A DNA stretch of 64,000 nt. Source: a bacterium. Its GTDB lineage: Bacteria; Patescibacteriota; UBA1384; CAILIB01. Below the pieces are notes generated by a model, which made no database searches, was not told the DNA's origin, and saw only the letters and a list, made by a program, of their open reading frames with translations. A program made the position numbers and the translations under genes. The stretch spans positions 386,039 to 450,038 of the forward strand of contig JBAXRQ010000001.1 of NCBI GenBank assembly GCA_037131105.1. The letters run 5' to 3'. This document shows, in pieces, positions 45,115 through 55,107 of this stretch. Position 1 is the stretch's first letter. The number at the start of each line of letters is the position of its first letter.

Positions 45115-46116
45115 ATGCAGACCCATCAGGCCGAAGCCATCGTGTTTTGCCGCTACCAGGATAGCTTTCGTTATCTTATTCTGAAACGTCGTCCGGAAGA
45201 CGGCGGATTTTGGCAGCCGGTGACTGGCGGAGTGGAGGAGGGTGAATCGGTGCTTGAGGCTGCCCTTCGAGAGGTGAGAGAAGAAACCGGCCTTACTCCT
45301 CTCGGTGAAGCCATTGATCTTGCTTATTCGTTTGAGTTCACCAACAGCAAGGACGAGACCCTTATTGAACAGGTCTACGCCGTTGAGGTCTCAGCTACCG
45401 AGTCGGTAGTACTTAGTCATGAGCATACCGAGTATGCTTGGCTGCCGTATGGTGCGGCTTTGGAGCGGATGAAGTGGGAGAATAACCGACAGGGTCTGCG
45501 GATCTTGCACGCTCGGCTCATTGGCCTACCGGCTGAGCGGCCCAGTACCATGCCCGAAAAAGCCGAGAGGGTATTTGAAGGCGACATCTTCGATGTCTAC
45601 CAGTGGCCCCAGGAGCTGTATGACGGTAGCAGCAAGACCTTCGAGAAGCTTCGGAGGCCGGATACCGCAGTAGTGATACCTATTACTGCAGACGGTCAGA
45701 TACTTATCCTGAATGAGGAGCAGCCGGGCAAGGCCGCAGCCCTCCAGTTTCCAGGGGGAAGGATTGAGGAGGGGGAGTCTCCCTTACAGGGAGTGGAACG
45801 TGAACTTCTCGAGGAGACTGGTTACTCTGTGGGCGATCTTACCCTTCTGACCACTGCCCAGCCCGTTTCAAAGATCGACTGGAACGTATATCTGTTCTTG
45901 GCCCGGGGCTGCACAAAGACGGGAGAGTTGTCTCTTGACCCAGGTGAGCGGATTGAGGTTAATACGGTGTCCTTCGATGATGTAGTCGATATGGTGAAGT
46001 CCGACACACTTCGTGATCCCGAAGTTATCACCATTGTCTTGAGAGCGTTACTTGATCCCTCTCTCTTAGCAGCGTTACGTGAAACCTGGCTGGCTCCAAT
46101 CTCTAATCCCTCCTGA
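45115..46116 (+). CDS. Tandem NUDIX hydrolase (two Nudix domains)
   Basis: Two Nudix boxes: GGVEEGESVLEAALREVREETGL and GGRIEEGESPLQGVERELLEETGY. Confidence 0.7.
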   Translation: MQTHQAEAIVFCRYQDSFRYLILKRRPEDGGFWQPVTGGVEEGESVLEAALREVREETGLTPLGEAIDLAYSFEFTNSKDETLIEQVYAVEVSATESVVLSHEHTEYAWLPYGAALERMKWENNRQGLRILHARLIGLPAERPSTMPEKAERVFEGDIFDVYQWPQELYDGSSKTFEKLRRPDTAVVIPITADGQILILNEEQPGKAAALQFPGGRIEEGESPLQGVERELLEETGYSVGDLTLLTTAQPVSKIDWNVYLFLARGCTKTGELSLDPGERIEVNTVSFDDVVDMVKSDTLRDPEVITIVLRALLDPSLLAALRETWLAPISNPS

Positions 46117-47447
46117 TGACTATTCCCTCTAATCTGATGGTAAGTATCTCCGGTATCCGTGGTACGGTGCCCGAACCGCTAACCGCTGAAGTGGCCTATG
46201 CCTTTGCCTGGGCCTATGCGGCCATTCTTCCTGAAGGCCCGGTCGTGGTTAGTCGTGATTCGCGTCCTTCCGGTCCTGAGCTGAAAGGAGCCGTTATACG
46301 GGCATTGCAGACCCAAGGTCGTGAGGTGCTGGACGCCGATCTGATCCCGCTTCCTACCACTCAGCTTGCTGTAGAAAAGACTCATGCCGCCGGAGCTATT
46401 GATGTGACAGCCAGCCATAACCCGGCTGAGTATAACGGCCTCAAGTTTTTGAACAATAACGGCATCTTCATCGACCAGGCCACCCTTGATAAGCTGCTGG
46501 AGCAGGTGCGAGCTTTTTCTGACCACGACGGCCACAAGGACGGTGTCACTACCGATATCCACGAACAGGCGATGGGCTGGCACGTTGAACTACTGAAGGA
46601 TAAGGTGTTGCCGGGAAAACGGCTGATGGTGGCGGTGGACGCGGTAAACGGGGCAGGCTCAATTATTATTCCCCGTCTGCTCAGCCAGATGGATTGTGAC
46701 CTGCTACCCATCGCGGTGGATCCTACCCAGCCATTTCCCCATGTACCCGAACCTTTGCCAGCCAACCTGGTCTGGACCCAAGAGCAGCTGAAGGGCAAAC
46801 AGTTTGATCTGTGTCTGGTAGTAGATCCTGACGCTGACCGCCTGGTGGTCATCGACGAAAACGGCAGGCTCATCCCAGAAGAAGCCACTATACCGCTAGT
46901 AGCCCAGGAACTGATGTTGCAAGGTCGCAAGGGGCCCATTGTCATCAATATGTCCACCAGCCGTATGACTGAGGACGTAGCCGCCCAGTACGGGTCAACC
47001 GTAGAGCGCTCAAAGGTAGGTGAGGTGAACGTGGTGACCCGCATGCAGGAAGTGAACGCCATCTATGGTGGTGAGGGCGGCGGAGGCGTCATTGATCCTG
47101 AGATCCACTATGGCCGGGATAGTCTGGTAGGTCTTACTTATGTAGTAAGCCTGATCCGCCGCACCGGTAAGCCGCTCAGCCAGCTGGTAGACGAGCTGCC
47201 GCACTACGAGATGTTAAAGACTAAGTTGCCAGTCCCTACGGGAATCAGTCTGAATGAGATCTATGACAAGGTACAGGCCAAGTACCCTGACGCCAAGGCC
47301 AATCGTCTCGACGGACTCCGACTGGACTGGGCTGACCGCTGGGTGCATTTGCGTCCTTCAAATACTGAGCCAATTTTCAGAATCATTGCCGAGGCACCTA
47401 CGAGGGAGGAAGTGGAGAAGCTTGCCTCAGCCGGCATCCTTTTGTAA
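46116..47447 (+). CDS. Phosphohexomutase (phosphoglucosamine mutase / phosphomannomutase family)
   Basis: Active-site Ser loop DVTASHNPAEYNGLKF, Mg loop DPDADRLVV, and a sugar-binding loop. Confidence 0.75.
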   Translation: MTIPSNLMVSISGIRGTVPEPLTAEVAYAFAWAYAAILPEGPVVVSRDSRPSGPELKGAVIRALQTQGREVLDADLIPLPTTQLAVEKTHAAGAIDVTASHNPAEYNGLKFLNNNGIFIDQATLDKLLEQVRAFSDHDGHKDGVTTDIHEQAMGWHVELLKDKVLPGKRLMVAVDAVNGAGSIIIPRLLSQMDCDLLPIAVDPTQPFPHVPEPLPANLVWTQEQLKGKQFDLCLVVDPDADRLVVIDENGRLIPEEATIPLVAQELMLQGRKGPIVINMSTSRMTEDVAAQYGSTVERSKVGEVNVVTRMQEVNAIYGGEGGGGVIDPEIHYGRDSLVGLTYVVSLIRRTGKPLSQLVDELPHYEMLKTKLPVPTGISLNEIYDKVQAKYPDAKANRLDGLRLDWADRWVHLRPSNTEPIFRIIAEAPTREEVEKLASAGILL

Positions 47448-47489
47448 GCTATAGGACTTGCACGAGCCAATTTTTGGGATAGAGTAAAA

Positions 47490-47879
47490 GTGCATACCAA
47501 ATCATATCCCATGCGTACCTACTTCGGATTCTCGTGGATCGGCCTCATCTTTGTGTTTGCGGTGCTCGGAGGACTAGCTGCCGTCGCCTATCACAACAAG
47601 GGTTTGCTTGGCAATGACGGTACGGTAGTAATCGTTTCTCCCGCCTCAACACCGACTCCTACACCTATGGCGACTGTCATCCCAGCTCCACCTACCTTTG
47701 CGGGAGGGATAGCTGATGCTACCCCTGGTCCTATCGTAGCTGGTGCCTTGCCCAAAAGCGGCCCCGAGGATGGACTCGGAGCCGTGCTACTGCTTTCGGG
47801 TGCTGGGATTGCTCCGAGCTATTATTACTATCTTCGCAGGCGACTAAGGAAGGCTAGTAACCAGATTGATATTTACTAG
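47490..47879 (+). CDS. Small surface protein with a Pro/Thr linker and a C-terminal sortase-like sorting signal (LPKSG + TM + RRRLRK)
   Basis: An N-terminal TM/signal, a PTPTP linker, then ALPKSGPEDGLGAVLLLSGAGIAPSYYYYLRRRLRK. Confidence 0.45.
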   Translation: MHTKSYPMRTYFGFSWIGLIFVFAVLGGLAAVAYHNKGLLGNDGTVVIVSPASTPTPTPMATVIPAPPTFAGGIADATPGPIVAGALPKSGPEDGLGAVLLLSGAGIAPSYYYYLRRRLRKASNQIDIY

Positions 47880-47889
47880 GGGCTATCTT

Positions 47890-48906
47890 CTAGTCCCAAC
47901 TCAGGTTTCCGGCGGTCTGGTACTCGGTAACCCGGGTCTCAAAGAAGTTCTTTTCCTTTTTCAGATCGATCACCTCACTCATCCACGGGAAGGGATTTGG
48001 TACGTCGTACACCTTGGGCAGACGGATTCTCTCAAGACGACGGTCAGCCACGTACTGTACGTACTGCTTGATGTTGGCACCGTTCAGGCCTAGTATTCCG
48101 TTTGGCAGGCAGTCGTCCACGTAGCGCTCCTCGAGCTCCACTGCCTTCTTGATATTTTTGACGCAAGCCTTCTGGAACTCAGCGGTCCAGATCTCGGGGT
48201 TCTCATCAATGAGGGTGTTCACCAGGTCTGATCCGAAGGCCAGGTGAACTGACTCATCCCGTAGGATGTACTGGAACTGCTCGGAAACACCGATCATCTT
48301 GTTCTGACGGGCAAACGACAGCATCATCACGAAGCCGGCGTAGAAGAAAATGCCTTCCATGATCACATAGTAGCCTACAAGGTCATTTACATAGCGCTGG
48401 ATATTCAGGGTACTGTCGGGCTTGAAGCTGTCGTCAAGAATAGACTTTGTAATAGTGACGACAAAGTCGTCCTTGTCCTTAATACTGGGAATGGTCTGGT
48501 ACATGTTGTAGACCTCGTCAGGGTCCAGCCCTAAGGAATCGCAGCAATAGATGAAGGTGTCGGTGTGGACGGCCTCTTCGTAGGCCTGGCGCAGCAGGTA
48601 CTGGCGGCATTCGGGATTGGTAAGGTGCTTGTATACCGACAGAACGATGTTGTTTGCCGTAAGTGACTCGGCAGTGGAGAAGAAGCCCATATTGTACATG
48701 ATCAGCCGCCGCTCATCGTCGGTCAGACCTCCAGGACGCTTCCACAGCTCGATGTCGTTCTGCATAGCTACTTCTTCGGGCGTCCAGTTATTGGCGACGC
48801 CGTTTTTGTAGTGCTTGCGAGCCCAGTGATAGCGCATCGGCAAGATCTTGTTAGGATCGGTACCAGATGAGTTAATGAGGCCTTTTTTAGCAGTGGATTT
48901 TGTCAT
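47890..48906 (-). CDS. nrdB: Ribonucleoside-diphosphate reductase small (beta) subunit
   Basis: A ferritin-like di-iron protein with EEAVHTDTF.. and ..FFSTAESL.. Confidence 0.85.
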   Translation of the reverse strand: MTKSTAKKGLINSSGTDPNKILPMRYHWARKHYKNGVANNWTPEEVAMQNDIELWKRPGGLTDDERRLIMYNMGFFSTAESLTANNIVLSVYKHLTNPECRQYLLRQAYEEAVHTDTFIYCCDSLGLDPDEVYNMYQTIPSIKDKDDFVVTITKSILDDSFKPDSTLNIQRYVNDLVGYYVIMEGIFFYAGFVMMLSFARQNKMIGVSEQFQYILRDESVHLAFGSDLVNTLIDENPEIWTAEFQKACVKNIKKAVELEERYVDDCLPNGILGLNGANIKQYVQYVADRRLERIRLPKVYDVPNPFPWMSEVIDLKKEKNFFETRVTEYQTAGNLSWD

Positions 48907-51641
48907 AGGGCAGCAGCTACGGATATCTCAGTGATCTCAAGTTCGGAAGTAGCATTGGCTTTGCTCAGGTCGAGGGTACTCTTCTCTACGGAGCTGGCCG
49001 CTAGGCTGCGGAGGTAGTAGGTAGTCTTCAGTCCAAGATGCCAAGCATGCATGTAGACGTCTGAAAGAGCTTTACCGGAGCTGCCGCTGAAGAAGATGTT
49101 TAGTGACTGACTCTGGTCGATCCACTTACCGCGGTAGGCGGCGATCTTGATCAGCCAGGCGGGATTGATCTCAAATACCGTCTTGTACTTGGCGCGCAGG
49201 CGTGGCGGGATGATGGTCAGGTCCTGGATGCCGCCATCTGTGCGCTTCAGCTCCTCGAGCATAGTCTGGTTCCAGAGTCCCAGGCGCTTCAGATCTTCTA
49301 CCAGGTACTGGTTCACTACGGTAAACTCACCGCTCATGTTCGACTTGACGAAGAGGTTCTGGTAGATGGGCTCGATGCAAGGGAAGGTACCGCTGATATT
49401 TCCAAGGTTGGAAGTAGGGGCGATAGCCATCATGTTCGAGTTGCGCAGTCCGTGTTTCTTCACTGACTCCCGGACCGGCTTCCAGTCCAGCTTGGAGGAA
49501 CGGGCGACGCCGATAGGTATGCCCCGCTCGGACTCAAGCAGGTCAAGCGTGTCGATGGGGAACATGCCGCGGTCCCACTTAGATCCCTTAAAGCTCTCGT
49601 AGGCGCCTTTCTCCTTGGCTAGAACTGAGGAAGCTAGGATGGCGTAGTAGGAGACGATCTCCATACTCTCATCAGCAAACTTTACTGCTTTCTCAGAGTC
49701 AAAGTCGATATCCAGCAGGTACAGTGCATCCTGGAAGCCTACCACGCCGAGGCCTACCGGACGGTGGCGCATGTTAGCGTTCTTGGTCTCCTCGGTCAGA
49801 TACAAGTTCAGGTCGATGACGTTGTCTAGCATGCGCATAGCGGTGGTGACCGTCTCCTTGACCATTGCTTTGTCGAACTTTCCGTTCACAATATGGCGGG
49901 CAAAGTTGATGGACCCGAGGTTGCAGACAGCCGTCTCGTCAGCCGAGTTGTTGAGGGTGATCTCGGTGCAAAGGTTTGAGTTATGTACGACGCCGACGTG
50001 GTCCTGAGGTGAGCGTAGGTTGCAGGCGTCCTTGAAGGTGATCCAAGGGTGGCCGGTCTCAAATAGCATGGAGATCATTTTTCTCCAGAGATCTTTGGCC
50101 TCCATGGTTTTGAAGAGCTTGATCTTACCCTGAGCAACCTTTTTCTCGTACTCAACATACTTTCTCTCGAACTCCTTCCCGTAGATGTGGTGCAGCTCAG
50201 GAGTCTCCTCAGGTGAGAAAAGGGTCCACTTGCCGCCAGCGATGACCCGCTTCATGAAGAGGTCGGGAATCCAGTTGGCGGTGTTCATGTCATGGGTGCG
50301 GCGACGGTCGTCACCGGTGTTCTTGCGGAGGTCGAGAAAGTCCTCGATGTCGTAGTGCCAGGTCTCAAGATAAACACAGGCAGCGCCGCGACGCTTTCCT
50401 GAGCGGTTGATGGCCACGGTCACGTCGTTAGCAATCTTCAGGAACGGAACCACTCCCTGTGAGCCTACGTTGGTAGTCTTGATCAGGGCGCCGGTACCAC
50501 GGATGTTGGTCCAGTCAGTGCCGATACCTCCCGAGTACTTGGCTAGCTGGGCGTTGTCACCGTAGACCTTAAAGATATTTGAAAGATCGTCCTGGACGGT
50601 GTTCAGGAAACAGGAGGACAGCTGGGGATAGGTGGTGCCAGACTGGAAAAGGGTTGGTGTGGATGGTAAGTAACGAAGGGTGGAGAGGGTGTCGTAGAAC
50701 TCCTTGGCGTACTTTGTCTTGTTCTCGCCTTCGCCAAGCGCCATGCCCATGCATACGCGCATCCAGAAGGTCTGAGCCGTTTCTACTTTGTGCTCGCCTC
50801 CCTCTTCGCGGAGGAAGTATCGATCATAGAGAACGAGTATGCCCAGATATTCAAAGAGTTCGTCACGCTCGGGTTTCAGGTAGTCGGCTAGGTCGTCGAG
50901 ATCGAACTCGAGCATAGCGGGGTCAAGACGCTTGCTGGCGACTCCGTTATTGATCGTATTGATGAACGATTGGCGATACTTCTTCTCATAATCCTTGGCG
51001 GTGGACCTGATGCCGATGACCTCCTGGGCGATGGTGTCCAGGGCTAGACGGGCAGTGATCTTGGAATAGGCGGGGTCCAACTCGATCATCGAACGGGTGG
51101 TGAGTACGAGGGCACGGTTTAGGTCTTCCCAGCCCATGCCGTCGAACAGGTTGCCCTCACACATCTTGACCAGCTCATTGACGCTTGCGACGTCCTCATG
51201 TCCCTCTATGGCCCACTGGAAGAGTTGACGTAGTCTCTTGCGGTCAAGCGGCTGCTTCTTGCCTTCGGGATCGATGTAATGAATCTGGGATAGCTCCGCC
51301 TTCTCATGGGCAGCAGTATCGGCAGCCTTCTTCTGGCGTTTTTCGGCATCTCGCAGCTTGGCGCGCTCGGCACGATAGAGAATGTAACCCTTGGCAATCT
51401 CAAAGAGACCGTACTCCATCAGAGTGCGCTCAACCAGGTCCTGGACGGCTTCTACTGTAGGAATACTGTCCTGGAAGCCAAGCTCTATGTGACGGAGGGC
51501 ATGGTCGGCGATAACGTCAAAGGGACGAAGGTCTATGCCGGGGTTGACGGCGAGCGCCGCCTTTTCCATAGCTGTCTGGATCTTGTCACGCTCGAAGTCA
51601 ACAACGGTGCCATCTCGCTTTTTAATGCGCATGATCTCCAT
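48903..51641 (-). CDS. nrdA: Ribonucleoside-diphosphate reductase large (alpha) subunit, class I with an ATP-cone
   Basis: I placed the start at MEIMRIKKRDGTVVDF (ATP-cone) because an AGGAGG RBS lies 5 nt upstream. The ORF-track start is a TTG 27 nt further upstream. The catalytic Cys/Asn/Glu region and a C-terminal CxxC tail are present. Confidence 0.85.
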   Translation of the reverse strand: MEIMRIKKRDGTVVDFERDKIQTAMEKAALAVNPGIDLRPFDVIADHALRHIELGFQDSIPTVEAVQDLVERTLMEYGLFEIAKGYILYRAERAKLRDAEKRQKKAADTAAHEKAELSQIHYIDPEGKKQPLDRKRLRQLFQWAIEGHEDVASVNELVKMCEGNLFDGMGWEDLNRALVLTTRSMIELDPAYSKITARLALDTIAQEVIGIRSTAKDYEKKYRQSFINTINNGVASKRLDPAMLEFDLDDLADYLKPERDELFEYLGILVLYDRYFLREEGGEHKVETAQTFWMRVCMGMALGEGENKTKYAKEFYDTLSTLRYLPSTPTLFQSGTTYPQLSSCFLNTVQDDLSNIFKVYGDNAQLAKYSGGIGTDWTNIRGTGALIKTTNVGSQGVVPFLKIANDVTVAINRSGKRRGAACVYLETWHYDIEDFLDLRKNTGDDRRRTHDMNTANWIPDLFMKRVIAGGKWTLFSPEETPELHHIYGKEFERKYVEYEKKVAQGKIKLFKTMEAKDLWRKMISMLFETGHPWITFKDACNLRSPQDHVGVVHNSNLCTEITLNNSADETAVCNLGSINFARHIVNGKFDKAMVKETVTTAMRMLDNVIDLNLYLTEETKNANMRHRPVGLGVVGFQDALYLLDIDFDSEKAVKFADESMEIVSYYAILASSVLAKEKGAYESFKGSKWDRGMFPIDTLDLLESERGIPIGVARSSKLDWKPVRESVKKHGLRNSNMMAIAPTSNLGNISGTFPCIEPIYQNLFVKSNMSGEFTVVNQYLVEDLKRLGLWNQTMLEELKRTDGGIQDLTIIPPRLRAKYKTVFEINPAWLIKIAAYRGKWIDQSQSLNIFFSGSSGKALSDVYMHAWHLGLKTTYYLRSLAASSVEKSTLDLSKANATSELEITEISVAAAL

Positions 51642-51871
51642 ACCCGCCTCCTGTAGTCGGTTAAGCAAGGGCTTGTGCGGTGTATTCCTGTCTCAAGTGG
51701 ACCTTTGACGGAGGTCGGGGCTTGAACGTACATACGAGGCGCAGGTCCTCAGTGGTTGGTAAGTTGGCCAGGCCTTTCGGCCCGAAGTGGGAAAAAACGC
51801 GGCCCAAGTGGGAGGCCGGTAGAACTAGCGTACCAATGGACCGAAGCGATGGTCAAGCCTTTTGCAAACGA

Positions 51872-52489
51872 TTAGCGTCCTGCCTCGAAGGAATCAAACA
51901 TGAAGTGGTTTCCGTGGCTGACTATAGTGCTAAGAGAGCAGTTGTCCGGCCATAAAAAATCTTCAGGGGGATTGCTTACGATACGATGTACCGCAGTCCA
52001 GATTACGCCTGAATGCGTGGCTACCAATACCTGCTTCCCGGGGTGGTGCTCATGGACGCTAGACAGGAAATTCCGGATACGGCCTTCGAGCTCCTCAATG
52101 GTCTCAGCGCCAGTGATACGAAACTCACCAGTATAGGCACTCTTGGGAAACTCATAGCCGGGATGGGTAGGAAGTAAGTCCGCAGGTGACTTTCCTTCCC
52201 AGGAACCAAGGTCACGCTCGATGAGACGGTCATCCAGGTGGACTTTGAGGCCGAGTTGTTCTACGAGGGGGCGGACGGTTAGCTGACAACGAGTAAGAGG
52301 AGAAGAGTACACAGCTGCGATAGGGTGCTTGAGCAGAGAACGGGTCAGGCGCTCGATTTGAGCACCGGCGGTAGGCGAAAGTGGTACCTCCATGCTGCCG
52401 GTGTGTCGTTGCTCCTTGTTCCAGGTGGTTTGAGCGTGACGTACCAACAGAAATACGGTAGGATCGATAGTAGTGGGGGTGGAGTCCAT
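51872..52489 (-). CDS. Histidine phosphatase family protein (phosphoglycerate-mutase-like)
   Basis: LVRHAQTTWN RHG motif and a conserved downstream His. Confidence 0.65.
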   Translation of the reverse strand: MDSTPTTIDPTVFLLVRHAQTTWNKEQRHTGSMEVPLSPTAGAQIERLTRSLLKHPIAAVYSSPLTRCQLTVRPLVEQLGLKVHLDDRLIERDLGSWEGKSPADLLPTHPGYEFPKSAYTGEFRITGAETIEELEGRIRNFLSSVHEHHPGKQVLVATHSGVIWTAVHRIVSNPPEDFLWPDNCSLSTIVSHGNHFMFDSFEAGR

Positions 52490-52545
52490 AGCTGAATGCT
52501 ATCACGAACCCTTTGCGGTAGTCACTGATCATTGTCATCTCAGTC

Positions 52546-53172
52546 ATGCGCAAGTTTTTCCGAAAGATACTCTGGACGCTCGTATTTCTGCTGGTCATTA
52601 CCGGCGGAGCTTATTTCCTTGTTCGTCAGAAAGTTGATGAGACGGCAGCAGGGCATATCTATGCGACTACTGGTTCACTTCCTACCGGTAGGATCGGTTT
52701 GGTGCTCGGTGCCCAGGTGTTTCCTGATGCAGTACCCAGCAAGGCGCTGGCCTATAGGCTGCAGACGGCAGTCGATCTTTATAAGAAGGGCAAGATTACC
52801 GGACTACTTATGAGCGGCGACGGACGCAGTAAGTACTACAATGAGGTCGCCACCATGAAGAGTTACGCCCTGGACGCGGGAGTCCCGGCTACGGCCATCC
52901 TTACCGATAACGATGGCCTGAGGACCTACAGTAGCTGTTACCGGGCAAAAAGTGAATTCGGCCTGGCCAGGCTTACCGTCATCACCCAGCCCGAGCACTT
53001 ACTGCGTACCGTCTACACCTGTCGCAGTCTAGGAATCGACGCAGTGGGCTTTGCCTCACCCGACATTGGGGGTAGTATTCTCGACCGTAATTACGCCTAC
53101 TATTATTTACGTGAGAAAGCCGCCCTGGTGCTGGCGTGGTTGGATGTCGAGGTCATTCATCCCGCTCCCTGA
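52546..53172 (+). CDS. SanA/YdcF (DUF218) family membrane-anchored protein
   Basis: An N-terminal TM and a DUF218 core (..GLLMSGDG..). Confidence 0.6.
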   Translation: MRKFFRKILWTLVFLLVITGGAYFLVRQKVDETAAGHIYATTGSLPTGRIGLVLGAQVFPDAVPSKALAYRLQTAVDLYKKGKITGLLMSGDGRSKYYNEVATMKSYALDAGVPATAILTDNDGLRTYSSCYRAKSEFGLARLTVITQPEHLLRTVYTCRSLGIDAVGFASPDIGGSILDRNYAYYYLREKAALVLAWLDVEVIHPAP

Positions 53173-54347
53173 TGCCTCGAAACCCTGTGGTGCAATCCGC
53201 TTTGGAGATAGCTGCCCGTGACTTGCGCTGGTGCTACCGTGAGCGTGGCATTATGACCGGCAGCCGGCTGGTCTACTGGAGCTGGGACTCGTTCTTTGCC
53301 TCATTGGGGGCCGACTGCCTGGGAGATACGGGTACGGTGAAGCATAATCTCGAGCTCTATCTGGGTTTACAGGCAGAGAACGGATCGCTACCCAAGAATA
53401 TAGCTCATCCCTTATATTTTCTGAAATTCGTGGGGCTCCCCATTAAGGAAGACTCCCATAAGCAGCGGCCCAATTTCTCTAACGCCTATTTTACGGCGCC
53501 TAGCCTTACCCAGAACCCTACCTTTGTCATCGCCTTGCACGACTATGTGACGGTCAGCGGTGACCTTGCTTTCTTTAAAAAACATGCCGGGGCGGTGGAA
53601 GCAATCATGCGTTACCTGGCATCGAAGGAGAGTGAGTTCGGCCTTTTGAAGGAGGGAATCGGCGGGGGATGGGCAGAAAGCGTACTGAAGCGCGGCGCTA
53701 TCGCCTTCACTAATACTTGCTATGCCAGAAGCGCCTGGTGTTTGTCTGAGCTATACGGGATGTCTGGTGATACTGAGCGGTCCCAGCATTACTTACATGT
53801 CTTTGCGGTCCTAAAGGATGCCATAAACGACGTGCTATGGTCGGATGAGGACGGCGGTTATTATAGCGATTGGTATGGGCATCGCCGGCACCATCACTTT
53901 GCTACTGACGGTAATTTGCTAGCCATAGTTTGGGACATTGCCTCGAAGAAACAGGCCTCCTGTATAGAGAAGCGAATCGCTGAGCTTTCGCTTGAGGATG
54001 ATGTGCCGATCCGTCTGGCTTACAGCCGCTACAGCTTCTGGAGGGTATACATCTTTAACCGGCTGGGGGGCTTGAAGGACTATCACGTAGGTTTTTGCTG
54101 GAGCTGGCTGGGATGCGTGGACGTGCTGGCCCGACTCAAGATGGGTAAGAGGAAGGAGGCCGAAACGATACTGGCTAAGATCGCCGCCGTCATAGTCCGC
54201 GACGGTACCGTGCACGAGATATATGACAAAGGACGTCCGGTGCGCAACCCATTTTACAAGAGTGAACAACCATGGGCCTGGGGCGCCGGCCTCTTCGTAA
54301 AGGCGTGCTATGCCCTGGATTATGAACTAACCAACCACCATGCCTGA
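53172..54347 (+). CDS. Six-hairpin glycoside hydrolase (glycogen-debranching/GH63/GH100-like)
   Basis: WSWDSFFASLGA, GGGWAES, and an (alpha/alpha)6-like pattern. The ATG at 53172 overlaps the upstream stop. The family assignment is approximate. Confidence 0.45.
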   Translation: MPRNPVVQSALEIAARDLRWCYRERGIMTGSRLVYWSWDSFFASLGADCLGDTGTVKHNLELYLGLQAENGSLPKNIAHPLYFLKFVGLPIKEDSHKQRPNFSNAYFTAPSLTQNPTFVIALHDYVTVSGDLAFFKKHAGAVEAIMRYLASKESEFGLLKEGIGGGWAESVLKRGAIAFTNTCYARSAWCLSELYGMSGDTERSQHYLHVFAVLKDAINDVLWSDEDGGYYSDWYGHRRHHHFATDGNLLAIVWDIASKKQASCIEKRIAELSLEDDVPIRLAYSRYSFWRVYIFNRLGGLKDYHVGFCWSWLGCVDVLARLKMGKRKEAETILAKIAAVIVRDGTVHEIYDKGRPVRNPFYKSEQPWAWGAGLFVKACYALDYELTNHHA

Positions 54348-55107
54348 GGCTACCCGACACGATATCAAGGAACTGTTTGAGCTGCGCGACCGCAGTATCC
54401 GCTACGAGCGCCGCCAATTTGTGATTGAGGGAAAGAAGCTGGTGGCTGAAGCCATTGCCTCAGGTCTGGCTATCCAGGATATCTTTGTCACTGAACTCTT
54501 TGCCTCCAAGGAGGCTGACTATCTAGCTGGCTTGAAAGGACTGCCGTTGCTAACCATCCCCCAAGAGGCAGGTGACCGACTGGCAGGAACCACTACCTTC
54601 CCAGGTATCCTGGCAGTGGTGAGTATGCCTGAGGTGACCACCAAAGCCGATGGCAGACTGCTGGCCGCCCTTGACGGGGTGAATGACCCGGGGAATCTCG
54701 GCACCATGATCCGTACTGCTGAGTGGTTCGGGGTGACTACGCTCATCCTTGGTCCGGGTACGGTGGATCCCTATAATGAGAAGGTGGTACGTTCTGCTAT
54801 GGGATCGCTCTTTCGCTCTCGCTTTGTCCAGACTGACAACCTTGCAAAGACACTGATCGAGCTGAAGGCGGAGGGCTACCGACTAGTAGCTGCCGAAATT
54901 TCCGGAGGAGGCGAGGAGGTGCTTACCGCTGATCCTACTTGTCTGCTGATGGGTAGCGAGTCACACGGCCTTTCACCTGATCTGAGTGCCCTGGCTGACG
55001 CGGTCTATACTATTCCTGGCGCTGGCACAACTGAATCGCTGAACGTCGCGGTAAGCTTCGGTATCATCCTCCATCAGTTAAGTCATACCTATGGCCGCAG
55101 CTCCTGA
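54340..55107 (+). CDS. SpoU/TrmH-family RNA 2'-O-methyltransferase
   Basis: GVNDPGNLGTMIRTAEWFGV and the C-terminal ESLNVAVS knot motifs. Confidence 0.75.
   Translation: MPEATRHDIKELFELRDRSIRYERRQFVIEGKKLVAEAIASGLAIQDIFVTELFASKEADYLAGLKGLPLLTIPQEAGDRLAGTTTFPGILAVVSMPEVTTKADGRLLAALDGVNDPGNLGTMIRTAEWFGVTTLILGPGTVDPYNEKVVRSAMGSLFRSRFVQTDNLAKTLIELKAEGYRLVAAEISGGGEEVLTADPTCLLMGSESHGLSPDLSALADAVYTIPGAGTTESLNVAVSFGIILHQLSHTYGRSS

Noticed and set aside
46382-47062. 226-aa minus-strand ORF antisense to the phosphohexomutase gene
   Set aside because: The plus-strand gene has all the phosphohexomutase loops. The antisense ORF has no features.
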